Origin: Methylophilus sp.
GTDB taxonomy: Bacteria; Pseudomonadota; Gammaproteobacteria; Burkholderiales; Methylophilaceae
Assembly (NCBI GenBank): GCA_033762415.1
Contig: JANRLR010000003.1
Coordinates: 39,009 to 103,008, forward strand
DNA: 64,000 nt
Reading direction: 5' to 3'
The notes beneath the pieces were generated by a model that saw only the letters and a list, made by a program, of their open reading frames with translations, was not told the DNA's origin and did not search any database. Positions within the stretch are counted from its first letter, which is position 1. Every line of letters begins with the position of its first letter. A program made the translations under genes and the position numbers. This document shows positions 40,558 to 49,963 of the stretch, piece by piece.

Positions 40558-41662
40558 TCAAACCCCTTGTTTCAGGCTCTCAAAAATAAACTGATCAAGG
40601 TCGCCATCCAGCACGCCCTGCGTATTGCCCACCTCTACGTTGGTGCGCAAATCTTTAATTCGCGATTGATCCAGTACGTAACTGCGGATTTGATGTCCCC
40701 AGCCAATATCCGTTTTAGCATCTTCTAATGCTTGTTTTTCTTCGTTACGTTTACTTAACTCCAAGTTATACAACGCACCTTTCAGCATACTCATCGCTTC
40801 ATCTCTATTGCGATGCTGAGATCGATCGTTCTGACACTGCACCACAACGCCAGTCGGCAAGTGCGTGATACGCACAGCTGAATCAGTTTTATTAATATGC
40901 TGACCACCTGCTCCACTGGCTCGATAAGTATCAATGCGCAAATCCGCTGGATTAATATCAATCTCAATTGAATCATCCACTTCTGGAAATACCTGTACGC
41001 TAGCAAAACTGGTATGGCGTTTAGCATTTGAGTCAAAAGGAGATTTACGTACCAAACGATGTACACCATTCTCTGTACGTAACGTGCCATAAGCATAATC
41101 ACCCGATACCTTAATGGACGCGCCTTTAATACCAGCCACGTCTCCATCAGACTCTTCCAACACCTCAACCTTAAAGCCTTTGCGCTCGCAATAACGCAAA
41201 TACATGCGCAACAACATATTCGCCCAATCTTGCGCCTCGGTACCGCCGCTCCCTGATTGAAACTCGAGAAAGCAATTATTGGCATCCATCGGCTGAGAAA
41301 ACATGCGGCGGAACTCCATCTCAGCGATTTTCTTTTCCAGCGTCTCAGAATCGCTCGCCACACTCAATAAAGTATCGTCATCATTTTCCTCACGCGCCAT
41401 GTCAAATAATTCACGACTGTCTTGAATGACTTGCTCCACATGCTGCAAAGTAGTCACGATAGTTTCCAGCTCACGCTTTTCCTTGCCAAGCTTTTGTGCT
41501 TTTTCGGCATCGTTCCAAATATTAGGGTCTTCTAGCAGACCATTGACTTCTTCTAGACGCTGACTTTTCGTTTCAAAGTCAAAGATACCCCCGAAGGGCA
41601 AGATGACGTGCATTTAAATCTGTTAAACGATTCGCAATGAGATTGAGTTGTTCGGCTTCCAT
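40558..41662 (-). CDS. prfB: Peptide chain release factor 2 with programmed +1 frameshift
   Basis: ATG at 41662 gives MEAEQLNL...LRGYL, then CTT TGA C; the +1 frame continues DFETKSQRL with SPF and GGQ motifs. Confidence 0.96.
41578..41593 (-). other. RF2 autoregulatory frameshift site
   Basis: Minus strand CGGGGGTATCTTTGAC: internal SD-like GGGGG plus slippery CTT-TGA-C. Confidence 0.95.
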
Positions 41663-41731
41663 AATGCATCACACATATTAAAGGCGCTATTATACTGCAA
41701 ACACCACAAAACCTTGTAAGCATGCGCCAAG

Positions 41732-42133
41732 CTAAGTCTTTACAACTTCACCATCCTCTTTCACAAATATACCGATGTGAGGGTTTTCTAAAATTTCCAG
41801 CACCACTTCTGATGGTCTGCACAAACGCGCGCCTTTACTCGTCACCACAATCGGACGATTGATTAATATAGGATGTTGCATCATTGCATCGAGCAATACC
41901 TCATCTGACAGTTGCGCATTATCAAGTCCTAGCTCGGCATAAGGCGTTCCCTTTTCACGTAAGATTGCTCTTGGAGTAATGCCCATATTGGCAATCAGTT
42001 GTATTAATTGTGCTTTGGTGGGAGGTGTTTTTAAGTACTCAATGACTTCAGGTTCTACACCACTCGCGCGTATCATGGCTAAAGTGTTGCGCGATGTGCC
42101 ACATTTAGGGTTGTGATATATGGTGACGCTCAT
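41732..42133 (-). CDS. arsC: Glutaredoxin-type arsenate reductase
   Basis: TIYHNPKCGTSR, HPILINRPIV, LCRPSE; ATG at 42133 overlaps the upstream stop (ATGA). Confidence 0.92.
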   Translation of the reverse strand: MSVTIYHNPKCGTSRNTLAMIRASGVEPEVIEYLKTPPTKAQLIQLIANMGITPRAILREKGTPYAELGLDNAQLSDEVLLDAMMQHPILINRPIVVTSKGARLCRPSEVVLEILENPHIGIFVKEDGEVVKT

Positions 42134-42774
42134 TTTGATTCCAATTTCATCCAAAATACTGTGAATAATAAAGCTGCAAACTGGGCGGAGATAAATAAGA
42201 GCAGGTCTGCTGGTGCAATCCCGACAAAGGTATCAGTCAATGTACGCGCAATTGTCACTGCGGGATTAGCAAAAAAAGTGGACGAGGTAAACCAATAACC
42301 TGCGGTCACGGTCATCGCGACTAGCATCGCGACTTTTTCAGATGCATACTTTAATGCTAATCGAATTAACGTCAGTAATATCATCGTCGAGGCAAGCTCA
42401 CTGAGCCATTGCCCAGCGCCACTCCTTGATTTGCTGGAAACTTCAATTAATGATAATCCAAACATTAAATGCGTTAGCCAAACCCCTAAAATTGCACCTA
42501 TGCATTGCGCTGTGATATACCCTATCGCATTTTTTAAACTGATTACATTCGCTTGCCACATCATTAAACTCACTAACGGATTAAAGTGCGCGCCTGAAAT
42601 AGGTCCTAACACCGTAATCAGCACATACAAGCCGCAGCCTGTCGCAATGCTATTGCCCAATAATGCGACTGCAGTATTTCCAGCCGCCAAAGACTCTCCC
42701 ATCACGCCCGAACCAGTCACCACTGCTAACAGCAGCGCTGTGCCTAACAACTCAGCAATTATCTTACTTTTCAT
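42130..42774 (-). CDS. MIP/aquaporin-family channel (AqpS-like arsenite channel)
   Basis: SGAHFNPL and FANPAVT loops; translationally coupled to arsC. Confidence 0.85.
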   Translation of the reverse strand: MKSKIIAELLGTALLLAVVTGSGVMGESLAAGNTAVALLGNSIATGCGLYVLITVLGPISGAHFNPLVSLMMWQANVISLKNAIGYITAQCIGAILGVWLTHLMFGLSLIEVSSKSRSGAGQWLSELASTMILLTLIRLALKYASEKVAMLVAMTVTAGYWFTSSTFFANPAVTIARTLTDTFVGIAPADLLLFISAQFAALLFTVFWMKLESK

Positions 42775-43056
42775 TGATTATCCATTTTCAATATTCAGTA
42801 ACACATTTTAAGTCAGAATTCCTGAATTTCGTACGCCTAACACTTTTAAATTTCGCACCAAAGCAGAAGTTATATTTTATTCATAAAAGCTTCATTAAAG
42901 CTTAACAAGAAACGTAAACCCGCCCCAATGACAACCGTTAGTAGCGTAACCCTACTTTTTTATTTTTTAACAGGAGAATTTGATGTAGCTTAAATACAAG
43001 CCCACTTAATCAAGTCATGATGAGTATTTTATAATGTGCGACTTGACTACCCTTAA

Positions 43057-43090
43057 TTGTCACATAAGTGTCACAATTAAGGATTAACAT
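43057..43090 (+). promoter_or_regulatory. PhoB-dependent promoter of pstS
   Basis: TTGTCACATAA-GTGTCAC, then exactly 10 bp, then TAACAT. Confidence 0.85.
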
Positions 43091-43132
43091 ACAACCGTCT
43101 CAGGACATACACTATGCAAACAGGAGAAATTA

Positions 43133-44185
43133 ATGCAAGTATCCAAATTTAACTTCAAGGCGGCGCTTTTAGTTGCAGGCCTTACCGTTGCTACCAGCAC
43201 ATTCGCTACTGACATCACAGGCGCTGGCGCTACATTCCCTTACCCAATTTATGCAAAATGGGCAGAATCTTATAACGTTAAAACTGGCGTTAAATTAAAC
43301 TACCAATCTATCGGTTCTGGTGGTGGTATCAAACAAATCACAAACAAAACTGTAGATTTTGGCGCTTCTGACAAACCATTAAAACAAGAAGAGTTAGACA
43401 AAGCAGGTTTAGTGCAATTCCCAACTGTAGTCGGTGGTGTAGTGCCTGTTGTCAACGTACCTGGTATTACCAACGGTGAGTTACGTCTGAGTGGTTCTGT
43501 GCTTGCAGATATCTATCTGAAAAAAATCACAAAATGGAATGATGCCGCAATCAAAGGTTTAAATCCGGGTGTAGACTTACCAGACTCAACAATTACGGTT
43601 GTTCATCGTTCAGACGGTTCTGGAACTACTTTCGTATTTACTAACTTTTTAGGCAAAGTAAGTAAAGAGTGGGCTGATAAAGTGGGTGCAGATACATCTG
43701 TTGCGTGGCCAGCTGGTGTGGGTGGTAAAGGTAACGAAGGTGTTGCTTCTTACGTACAACGTATCAAATACTCTATCGGTTATGTAGAGTTTGCTTATGC
43801 AAAACAAAATGGTTTACCTTATGCCACGATGCAAAACCGTGATGGCGAATTTGTTAAACCAAGTATCGAGAGCTTCCAATCAGCAGCTAAATACGCTGAC
43901 TGGGCAAAAGCACCAGGTTTCTATGAAATCTTAACAAATGAACCAGGGAAAGAAACTTGGCCAATCGCAGGTGCTACATTCATCTTGATGCATAAATCGC
44001 AAGACAATGCTGCAAATGCTGCTGAAGTATTGAAATTCTTTAGCTGGGGTTACAAAAGCGGTAGTTTGATGGCTAAAGCATTAGACTATGTACCAATGCC
44101 AAGTACTGTCGTTGATTTGATTGAAGCTAGCTGGAAAGACAACATCAAAGCTAAAGATGGCGCTGCAATCTGGCCAGCTAAATAA
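43133..44185 (+). CDS. pstS: Phosphate ABC transporter binding protein
   Basis: GAGATFP, YQSIGSGGG, HRSDGSGT, GGKGNEGV. Confidence 0.97.
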   Translation: MQVSKFNFKAALLVAGLTVATSTFATDITGAGATFPYPIYAKWAESYNVKTGVKLNYQSIGSGGGIKQITNKTVDFGASDKPLKQEELDKAGLVQFPTVVGGVVPVVNVPGITNGELRLSGSVLADIYLKKITKWNDAAIKGLNPGVDLPDSTITVVHRSDGSGTTFVFTNFLGKVSKEWADKVGADTSVAWPAGVGGKGNEGVASYVQRIKYSIGYVEFAYAKQNGLPYATMQNRDGEFVKPSIESFQSAAKYADWAKAPGFYEILTNEPGKETWPIAGATFILMHKSQDNAANAAEVLKFFSWGYKSGSLMAKALDYVPMPSTVVDLIEASWKDNIKAKDGAAIWPAK

Positions 44186-44236
44186 TTTAGCCTAGCTAAG
44201 TATGTCATCATCATATAATGACGCAAATGTAAGTTA

Positions 44237-44267
44237 TGCAGCAGAGGAGGCTCCCTCCTCTGCTGCA
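44237..44267 (+). other. Perfect 14-bp intercistronic hairpin between pstS and pstC
   Basis: tgcagcagaggagg-ctc-cctcctctgctgca with no U-tract. Confidence 0.75.
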
Positions 44268-44306
44268 ATCTTAAATGATCAAACAACTATTAGAAAAGCA
44301 GAACCT

Positions 44307-45263
44307 ATGTCTTCTGGTACACAAAGTAAAAATATGGGAGCCACGCTAGATAACCTGTTTCGTCGAACCACGATGTTTTTTGCGTTTCTAGTTTTCATCC
44401 TGCTATTTGGCATTATCATCACTTTATTTATTGGAAGTCTGCCCGCACTAAAAGCATTTGGCCCTAGCTTTTTTACAAGTGATGTATGGAATCCTGTTGA
44501 CATTCAATTTGGTGGCTTAGTCCCCATCTATGGCACATTCGTTACAGCATTAATCGCTATGCTAATCGGCGTACCAGTGAGTTTTGGTATTGCCATTTTT
44601 ATTACAGAACTCTCCCCTGCTTGGCTAAAACGTCCAATTGGTATTGCAATTGAATTGCTAGCAGGTATTCCCAGCATCATTTACGGTATGTGGGGACTAT
44701 TTGTCTTTGCACCGTTTTTTGCTGACAATGTGCAGCCATGGATTAATGATAATCTTGGCGCGCTACCGCTTATCGGTCAAATTTTCCAAGGCCCGCCAAT
44801 GGGAATTGGTATGTTAACTGCGGGCTTTATTTTAGCCATTATGGTGATTCCCTTTACAGCATCTGTGATGCGTGATGTGTTTGAAATTGTGCCCTCCCTG
44901 CTTAAAGAGTCCGCATATGGCTTAGGTGCAACCACTTGGGAAGTAGTTTGGAATGTTGTACTTCCTTACACCAAAACGGGTGTAGTAGGTGGCATTATGC
45001 TAGGCTTAGGTCGTGCCTTAGGTGAAACGATGGCAGTTACTTTTGTGATTGGTAATGCACACGAGCTATCTGCCTCCCTGATGATGCCAGGCAACACCAT
45101 TTCGTCGGCACTTGCAAATGAATTTACTGAAGCGGTGGGTGATGTCTACACATCATCTCTTATTACCCTAGGTTTAACCTTGTTTGTCATTACATTTATC
45201 GTATTAGCACTTGCGAAGTTGCTTTTGATTCGCCTGTCAATGCGCGAAGGGAAAGAGTCGTAA
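44307..45263 (+). CDS. pstC: Phosphate ABC transporter permease PstC
   Basis: [18 protein letters not shown]; start placed after the hairpin (track start 44202 is likely too long). Confidence 0.93.
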   Translation: MSSGTQSKNMGATLDNLFRRTTMFFAFLVFILLFGIIITLFIGSLPALKAFGPSFFTSDVWNPVDIQFGGLVPIYGTFVTALIAMLIGVPVSFGIAIFITELSPAWLKRPIGIAIELLAGIPSIIYGMWGLFVFAPFFADNVQPWINDNLGALPLIGQIFQGPPMGIGMLTAGFILAIMVIPFTASVMRDVFEIVPSLLKESAYGLGATTWEVVWNVVLPYTKTGVVGGIMLGLGRALGETMAVTFVIGNAHELSASLMMPGNTISSALANEFTEAVGDVYTSSLITLGLTLFVITFIVLALAKLLLIRLSMREGKES

Positions 45264-45268
45264 TCACG

Positions 45269-46117
45269 ATGGATAATCAACTTTATTTAAGACGTAAAAT
45301 AATCAATAAGCTCACACTTAGTATTGCAGTGGTGACGGTTATTTTTGCACTTTTCTTTTTAGCATGGATCTTATGGACATTATTTAGCCAAGGGTTTAGT
45401 TACCTCACAACAGATGTGTTCACTAAGATGACCCCCCCACCAGGAAGCGACGGTGGTTTATTAAATGCAATCGCAGGCAGTATCTATATGGTGCTGTTTG
45501 CAACAGTGATTGGTACGCCAGTGGGTATTTTGGCAGGCACTTACCTGGCTGAATATGGCAAATCTGGCTGGTTGGCTCCGACCACCCGATTCATTAATGA
45601 CATCCTGCTATCTGCGCCCTCTATTGTAATTGGTCTTTTTGTGTATGAAATAGCTGTACACACGACTGGACACTTCTCTGGTTGGGCTGGTGCTCTAGCA
45701 TTGTCTCTCATTGTGATTCCTGTGGTAGTGCGTACCACAGAAAATATGATGCAACTAGTACCAAGTACTTTACGTGAGGCAGCGGCTGCGCTTGGCTCTC
45801 CTTATTGGAAAGTCATTGTAAACGTGGTATACCGTGCAGCTAAAACTGGAATTATGACTGGGCTACTACTTGCAGTCGCAAGGATCAGTGGTGAAACTGC
45901 GCCGCTACTCTTTACGGCGCTTAACAATCAATTCTGGAACTCCGACATGAGCAAGCCTATCTCAAGCGTGGCTGTTGTGATTTTCCAATTTGCAATGAGT
46001 CCATATGAAGATTGGCAGCATCTAGCATGGGCTGGTGCATTGTTAATTACATTATTTGTGTTGGGTCTTAATATTCTCGCACGTACGCTTTTCCGTCCAG
46101 GCCAATCTCAAAACTAG
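45269..46117 (+). CDS. pstA: Phosphate ABC transporter permease PstA
   Basis: [19 protein letters not shown]. Confidence 0.95.
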   Translation: MDNQLYLRRKIINKLTLSIAVVTVIFALFFLAWILWTLFSQGFSYLTTDVFTKMTPPPGSDGGLLNAIAGSIYMVLFATVIGTPVGILAGTYLAEYGKSGWLAPTTRFINDILLSAPSIVIGLFVYEIAVHTTGHFSGWAGALALSLIVIPVVVRTTENMMQLVPSTLREAAAALGSPYWKVIVNVVYRAAKTGIMTGLLLAVARISGETAPLLFTALNNQFWNSDMSKPISSVAVVIFQFAMSPYEDWQHLAWAGALLITLFVLGLNILARTLFRPGQSQN

Positions 46118-46135
46118 CTTTAGGGTTATTTCAAT

Positions 46136-46906
46136 ATGTCTACACAAACGGCTTTACCAAAAATTGCAACACAAAACATGAACTTTTACTACGGTAAATT
46201 TCATGCACTTAAAAACATTAATCTAGATATTCCCTCAAGCAAAGTAACTGCTTTCATTGGTCCTTCTGGTTGTGGTAAATCCACTTTGTTGCGTACCTTT
46301 AATCGCATGTATGAGCTCTACCCAAAGCTCAGAGTAGAAGGCAAGATTTTACTAGACGGCAAAGATATTCATGCTGCAGATCAAGACCTGAATCTACTGC
46401 GTGCCAAAGTAGGCATGGTGTTCCAGAAGCCAACACCGTTTCCAATGTCAATTTATGACAACGTCGCATTTGGTGTAAAACTCTATGAAAATCTATCTAA
46501 AATCGAGATGGATGAGCGCGTTGAATGGGCTCTGCAAAAAGCGGCCATCTGGAACGAAGTAAAAGACAAATTAAACCAAAGTGGTACTGGCTTATCTGGT
46601 GGTCAACAACAGCGCCTGTGTATCGCACGTGGTGTGGCAGTGAAACCAAACGTATTATTGCTGGACGAACCATGCTCTGCGCTTGATCCTATTTCTACAG
46701 CGCGAGTAGAAGAGCTGATTCACGAACTTAAAAAGGACTACACGATTGTGATTGTGACTCACAACATGCAACAAGCAGCGCGTGTGTCTGACTATACGGC
46801 TTATATGTATCTGGGTGAATTAATTGAATTCAACGACACAGACAAAATTTTTACTAACCCAAGCCGTAAAGAAACAGAAGATTACATCACTGGCAAGTTT
46901 GGTTAA
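46136..46906 (+). CDS. pstB: Phosphate ABC transporter ATPase
   Basis: [31 protein letters not shown]. Confidence 0.97.
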   Translation: MSTQTALPKIATQNMNFYYGKFHALKNINLDIPSSKVTAFIGPSGCGKSTLLRTFNRMYELYPKLRVEGKILLDGKDIHAADQDLNLLRAKVGMVFQKPTPFPMSIYDNVAFGVKLYENLSKIEMDERVEWALQKAAIWNEVKDKLNQSGTGLSGGQQQRLCIARGVAVKPNVLLLDEPCSALDPISTARVEELIHELKKDYTIVIVTHNMQQAARVSDYTAYMYLGELIEFNDTDKIFTNPSRKETEDYITGKFG

Positions 46907-46932
46907 TTTTACTCACTCCTGTGTGATTATCT

Positions 46933-46969
46933 AAATTAAAAAGCCAGCATATGCTGGCTTTCTTAATTT
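46933..46969. terminator. Bidirectional terminator between pstB and the GT4 gene
   Basis: aaattaaaaagccagcat/atgctggctttcttaattt inverted repeat. Confidence 0.8.
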
Positions 46970-47026
46970 AATGAGAAGTTAAATCTGCTGCGCCTATGTC
47001 CTTATGGCACTACATTCATTGTGCTT

Positions 47027-48232
47027 TTAGGTCTGCTGTGCCTCTAGGCCTGTCACTTTTTTCTCGATATTCTCATGAAATCCAATAGTAAGCCTTGCAT
47101 ACAAAGCTAGCATTTTTTCTGCCTGAGCCGCAGACGACCACTGTTGCAGCGCGTATTCCTTACCACGCTGACCTAATGCGACCCTGTGTTCTTTGTTGAT
47201 TAACAGACTATGAATTTTTTCAACAAAATCCAACTCACTTTCAGTCGCAACCTTAGCACCTACCCCATCCACTAACACAGAAGCAGTTCCCAATTCCGCA
47301 ATTGCAACAATTGGCGTACCTTGTGCCATCGCCTCAAGCAGCACCAAACCTTGTGTCTCGCTTTTAGAGGCAAAGACAAATATATCGGCAGCCTTATAAC
47401 AAGCGTTCAGCTCCGTGCTTCGATCTAAGTATCCTACAAATTGCACATGCTTTTGTAAGCTCAAGTGATTGACATGGTGTTTTAAACTTTCTTCCGCAGG
47501 GCCTTCCCCTGTAATCAAGAATAAAATATCAGGAATTTCATCAATGAGTAAACGCACTACCTCTAGCAAAAAACCGATATTTTTTTCATAAGCGACTCGC
47601 CCTACATATAACAGCATAGGTCGATTGGCAGGTATGCCATACATCTCTCTGAATGCGAGTCCATCCGCCTCAGCAAAACTGTTTTGTTGTAGCCCTGTTG
47701 GGATCACTTCTGACGATGTGCTCACACCATAACTATGCAAAACGTCCAGCATTGGTTGCGATGGCGATACTAAACCATACACTTGATTACACTGGCTTCT
47801 AGAAATCATTCTAGCAAGACCGCGTGCCATAGATTTTGGAATCCAGCCTAAATAATGGTGTAAATAATCTTCAAAAAAAGTATGGTAAGTCTCTACAGTA
47901 GGAATCTTTAGAGCTTTAGCCAGTTTAAGCCCAGCGTAATGCGCAACAAATGGCGTATGGACATGCAGAATATCGTAATGTGAATCCTTTAGTTTAGGGA
48001 TTAATTTTACAATTTCACCATATTTCATCAGCTTGTCTTCTGGATCAAAATAAATGCTACGCGCAGGTACTCTTGTAATCCATGCTTCATCTGAAGACGG
48101 CACACCATAATCAGGCGCAATTAAATGCACATCGTGCCCAAGTTGTTGCATTTGCTCGGTAAACGTTTTAATACTGGTTGAAACGCCATTCACTCTAGGG
48201 AAGTAAACATCAGAAATGAGCAATATTTTCAT
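47027..48232 (-). CDS. GT4 glycosyltransferase, diacylglycerol glucosyltransferase-like
   Basis: SDVYFPRVNGVSTS, HTPF, TYHT, SETQGLVLLEAMA; start at 48232 fits the upstream Pho promoter. Confidence 0.85.
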   Translation of the reverse strand: MKILLISDVYFPRVNGVSTSIKTFTEQMQQLGHDVHLIAPDYGVPSSDEAWITRVPARSIYFDPEDKLMKYGEIVKLIPKLKDSHYDILHVHTPFVAHYAGLKLAKALKIPTVETYHTFFEDYLHHYLGWIPKSMARGLARMISRSQCNQVYGLVSPSQPMLDVLHSYGVSTSSEVIPTGLQQNSFAEADGLAFREMYGIPANRPMLLYVGRVAYEKNIGFLLEVVRLLIDEIPDILFLITGEGPAEESLKHHVNHLSLQKHVQFVGYLDRSTELNACYKAADIFVFASKSETQGLVLLEAMAQGTPIVAIAELGTASVLVDGVGAKVATESELDFVEKIHSLLINKEHRVALGQRGKEYALQQWSSAAQAEKMLALYARLTIGFHENIEKKVTGLEAQQT

Positions 48233-48271
48233 AGACTTATTGTCAGCTTGTGGTGGTGTTAGCATGCCGTG

Positions 48272-48305
48272 ATGCTAACGATTAAATATGACAGCTAAAT
48301 GACTT
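48272..48305 (-). promoter_or_regulatory. PhoB-type promoter of the GT4 gene
   Basis: Minus strand AAGTCATTTAG-CTGTCAT, then 10 bp, then TAGCAT. Confidence 0.75.
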
Positions 48306-48325
48306 TATCTTAAATATAACTCGTA

Positions 48326-48369
48326 GTGTCATGGAACTTTCACGGACGCGTCATCTAAGTTTCACGCAG
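48326..48369 (+). promoter_or_regulatory. Four PhoB-type half-sites upstream of the Zn-PLC gene
   Basis: GTGTCATGGAA-CTTTCACGGAC-GCGTCATCTAA-GTTTCAC; TCA at 48329, 48340, 48351 and 48362. Confidence 0.7.
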
Positions 48370-48388
48370 AGATGTGAAAGTAACACCT

Positions 48389-49252
48389 ATGAAAAAGCGT
48401 ATCGTAATCAAGCTTTTATGGGGAATTCCTCTACTAATTTATGCAGCAGATGCGAGTGCATGGGGACTCTTCACCCACATTTATTTTGCACAGTATATCG
48501 CTCTATCCTTACCCATTTTCGATCCTAGACTACAAAATGCAATCAAAAAATTTCCTAAGTTAGTCATGGCTGGTGCCTGTTTACCAGACTTAGCGCTTGT
48601 TTCAAAACACTTTAATACTACCCATCAGTGGCACCAAGCACAGGAGATGCTAGCACAGGCAAAAAACGATGAAGAAATCGCTATTGCGGTAGGTTACACC
48701 AGTCATCTTTATGTGGATGTCATCGCGCATAATCACTTTGTTCCTGCATTTGAAGCTAAGTGGCTCAACCCCTCCATACTCACCCATGTGGTCGCAGAGT
48801 GGGCGATGGATGCACATATTGCCAAGCATATTGAAACTAGGCCTTATGGCTTACTTAAACATCACACAGATATTATCAGCATCTTAATTGCTCCATGCTT
48901 TAAGGTTAGTCACGCAGAAGCTAAAAAAGCAGTCACACGGCTCGCCTATGCAGATAAAACGCTACGCTTTTCAAAGCTGTCCTCCATGCTGTTACAAACG
49001 ATTAAGCGTAAAGATGATGAGTTTATTAAGAAGCTCGATTACTACAGAAGCAAGACTAAAGAGGCTTTACAAAACTTTGAATCGACATTAAGTGGTACTA
49101 GACCAACCATGGAAGCCGAACTATTGCATCTGAGTGCCACCGAGATGCATGCTTGGCGAGAAAAGTGTCTTATCGACGCTCGATTGAGGCTGACCACTCC
49201 ACTCCAATTTCATCAAGCGCACAGCGAACAATTACAAGTATTACACGCCTAG
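48389..49252 (+). CDS. Zinc-dependent phospholipase C / P1-nuclease superfamily protein, predicted exported
   Basis: Signal-like N-terminus ending ASA|WGLFTH, then GACLPD, TTH, HLYVDVIAH, HVVAE in the expected ligand order. Confidence 0.8.
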   Translation: MKKRIVIKLLWGIPLLIYAADASAWGLFTHIYFAQYIALSLPIFDPRLQNAIKKFPKLVMAGACLPDLALVSKHFNTTHQWHQAQEMLAQAKNDEEIAIAVGYTSHLYVDVIAHNHFVPAFEAKWLNPSILTHVVAEWAMDAHIAKHIETRPYGLLKHHTDIISILIAPCFKVSHAEAKKAVTRLAYADKTLRFSKLSSMLLQTIKRKDDEFIKKLDYYRSKTKEALQNFESTLSGTRPTMEAELLHLSATEMHAWREKCLIDARLRLTTPLQFHQAHSEQLQVLHA

Positions 49253-49337
49253 CAGTAGCAAAACTCGCTCTAACTCCCCACTCCCCCTACCAATCTAGTC
49301 AAACGTGCTAGCGCTCACTAATTGAGAGAAGTAAGTG

Positions 49338-49880
49338 CTATACAAACTGAAATGAAAGCAAGACAATCAGGTAGCCTATGGTTGCGCCAGCTGCCACATC
49401 GCTAGGGTAGTGCAATCCTAAAATCACTCTAGACATCGCAACCATCAACATAAATGGGATCAATACAATAGAAAGCACTGGATAATAAGTGATTGCAATT
49501 AAACCAAAAACGACGGCATGCAAGGTATGACCTGATGGAAAGCTAAAATGATCAAGCGCCTTTCCTGCCACCCATACATCTTGCCTGACTTGGTATGGAC
49601 GTGGTCGTAGCGTTTTAAGTTTTAACCACTTGTAAACAATAGTACCTGTCGCACCAGCTAAGGCCATATGCAGAAACGGCTGAATACCCTCCGTTTGTTG
49701 AATCACTAAAATGGCCGCCATCAGCGTATACCAGAACACGCCATCCCCCAGACGACTCACGACCCTAAACACATCGCGAATGACACGGTATTGACTCGTA
49801 TGGCTCACCGTCACACAGACAGCGCTATCCACTGCTTGCATACGGTGTAGGTACAAACGCATTTTACTGGTCATCATCAA
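49338..49880 (-). CDS. PAP2-family lipid phosphatase
   Basis: KLKTLRPRP, FPSGH, SRVILGLHYPSDV. Confidence 0.92.
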   Translation of the reverse strand: MMMTSKMRLYLHRMQAVDSAVCVTVSHTSQYRVIRDVFRVVSRLGDGVFWYTLMAAILVIQQTEGIQPFLHMALAGATGTIVYKWLKLKTLRPRPYQVRQDVWVAGKALDHFSFPSGHTLHAVVFGLIAITYYPVLSIVLIPFMLMVAMSRVILGLHYPSDVAAGATIGYLIVLLSFQFV

Positions 49881-49904
49881 ATCCTTACACTAGGTGATGC
49901 TGAC

Positions 49905-49949
49905 ATCATGCGCGCCTGCCATGAATGAATCATGACAGAAACATGAATA
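49905..49949 (-). promoter_or_regulatory. PhoB-type promoter of the PAP2 gene
   Basis: Minus strand TATTCATGTTT-CTGTCATGATT-CATTCAT, then 10 bp, then CATGAT. Confidence 0.65.
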
Positions 49950-49963
49950 TTTTTTGACTATTC

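Noticed and set aside
40558-41613. ORF-track prfB starting MHVILPFGG
   Set aside because: Artefact of the programmed frameshift; the true start is ATG at 41662
47689-47702. TAGCCCTGTTGGGA as a fourth copy of the shared 14-bp motif
   Set aside because: Three mismatches and located inside a coding sequence
49270-49292. C-rich tract (G-rich on the minus strand) between the PLC and PAP2 genes as a G-quadruplex or small RNA
   Set aside because: Only two long G-runs and no other structural support
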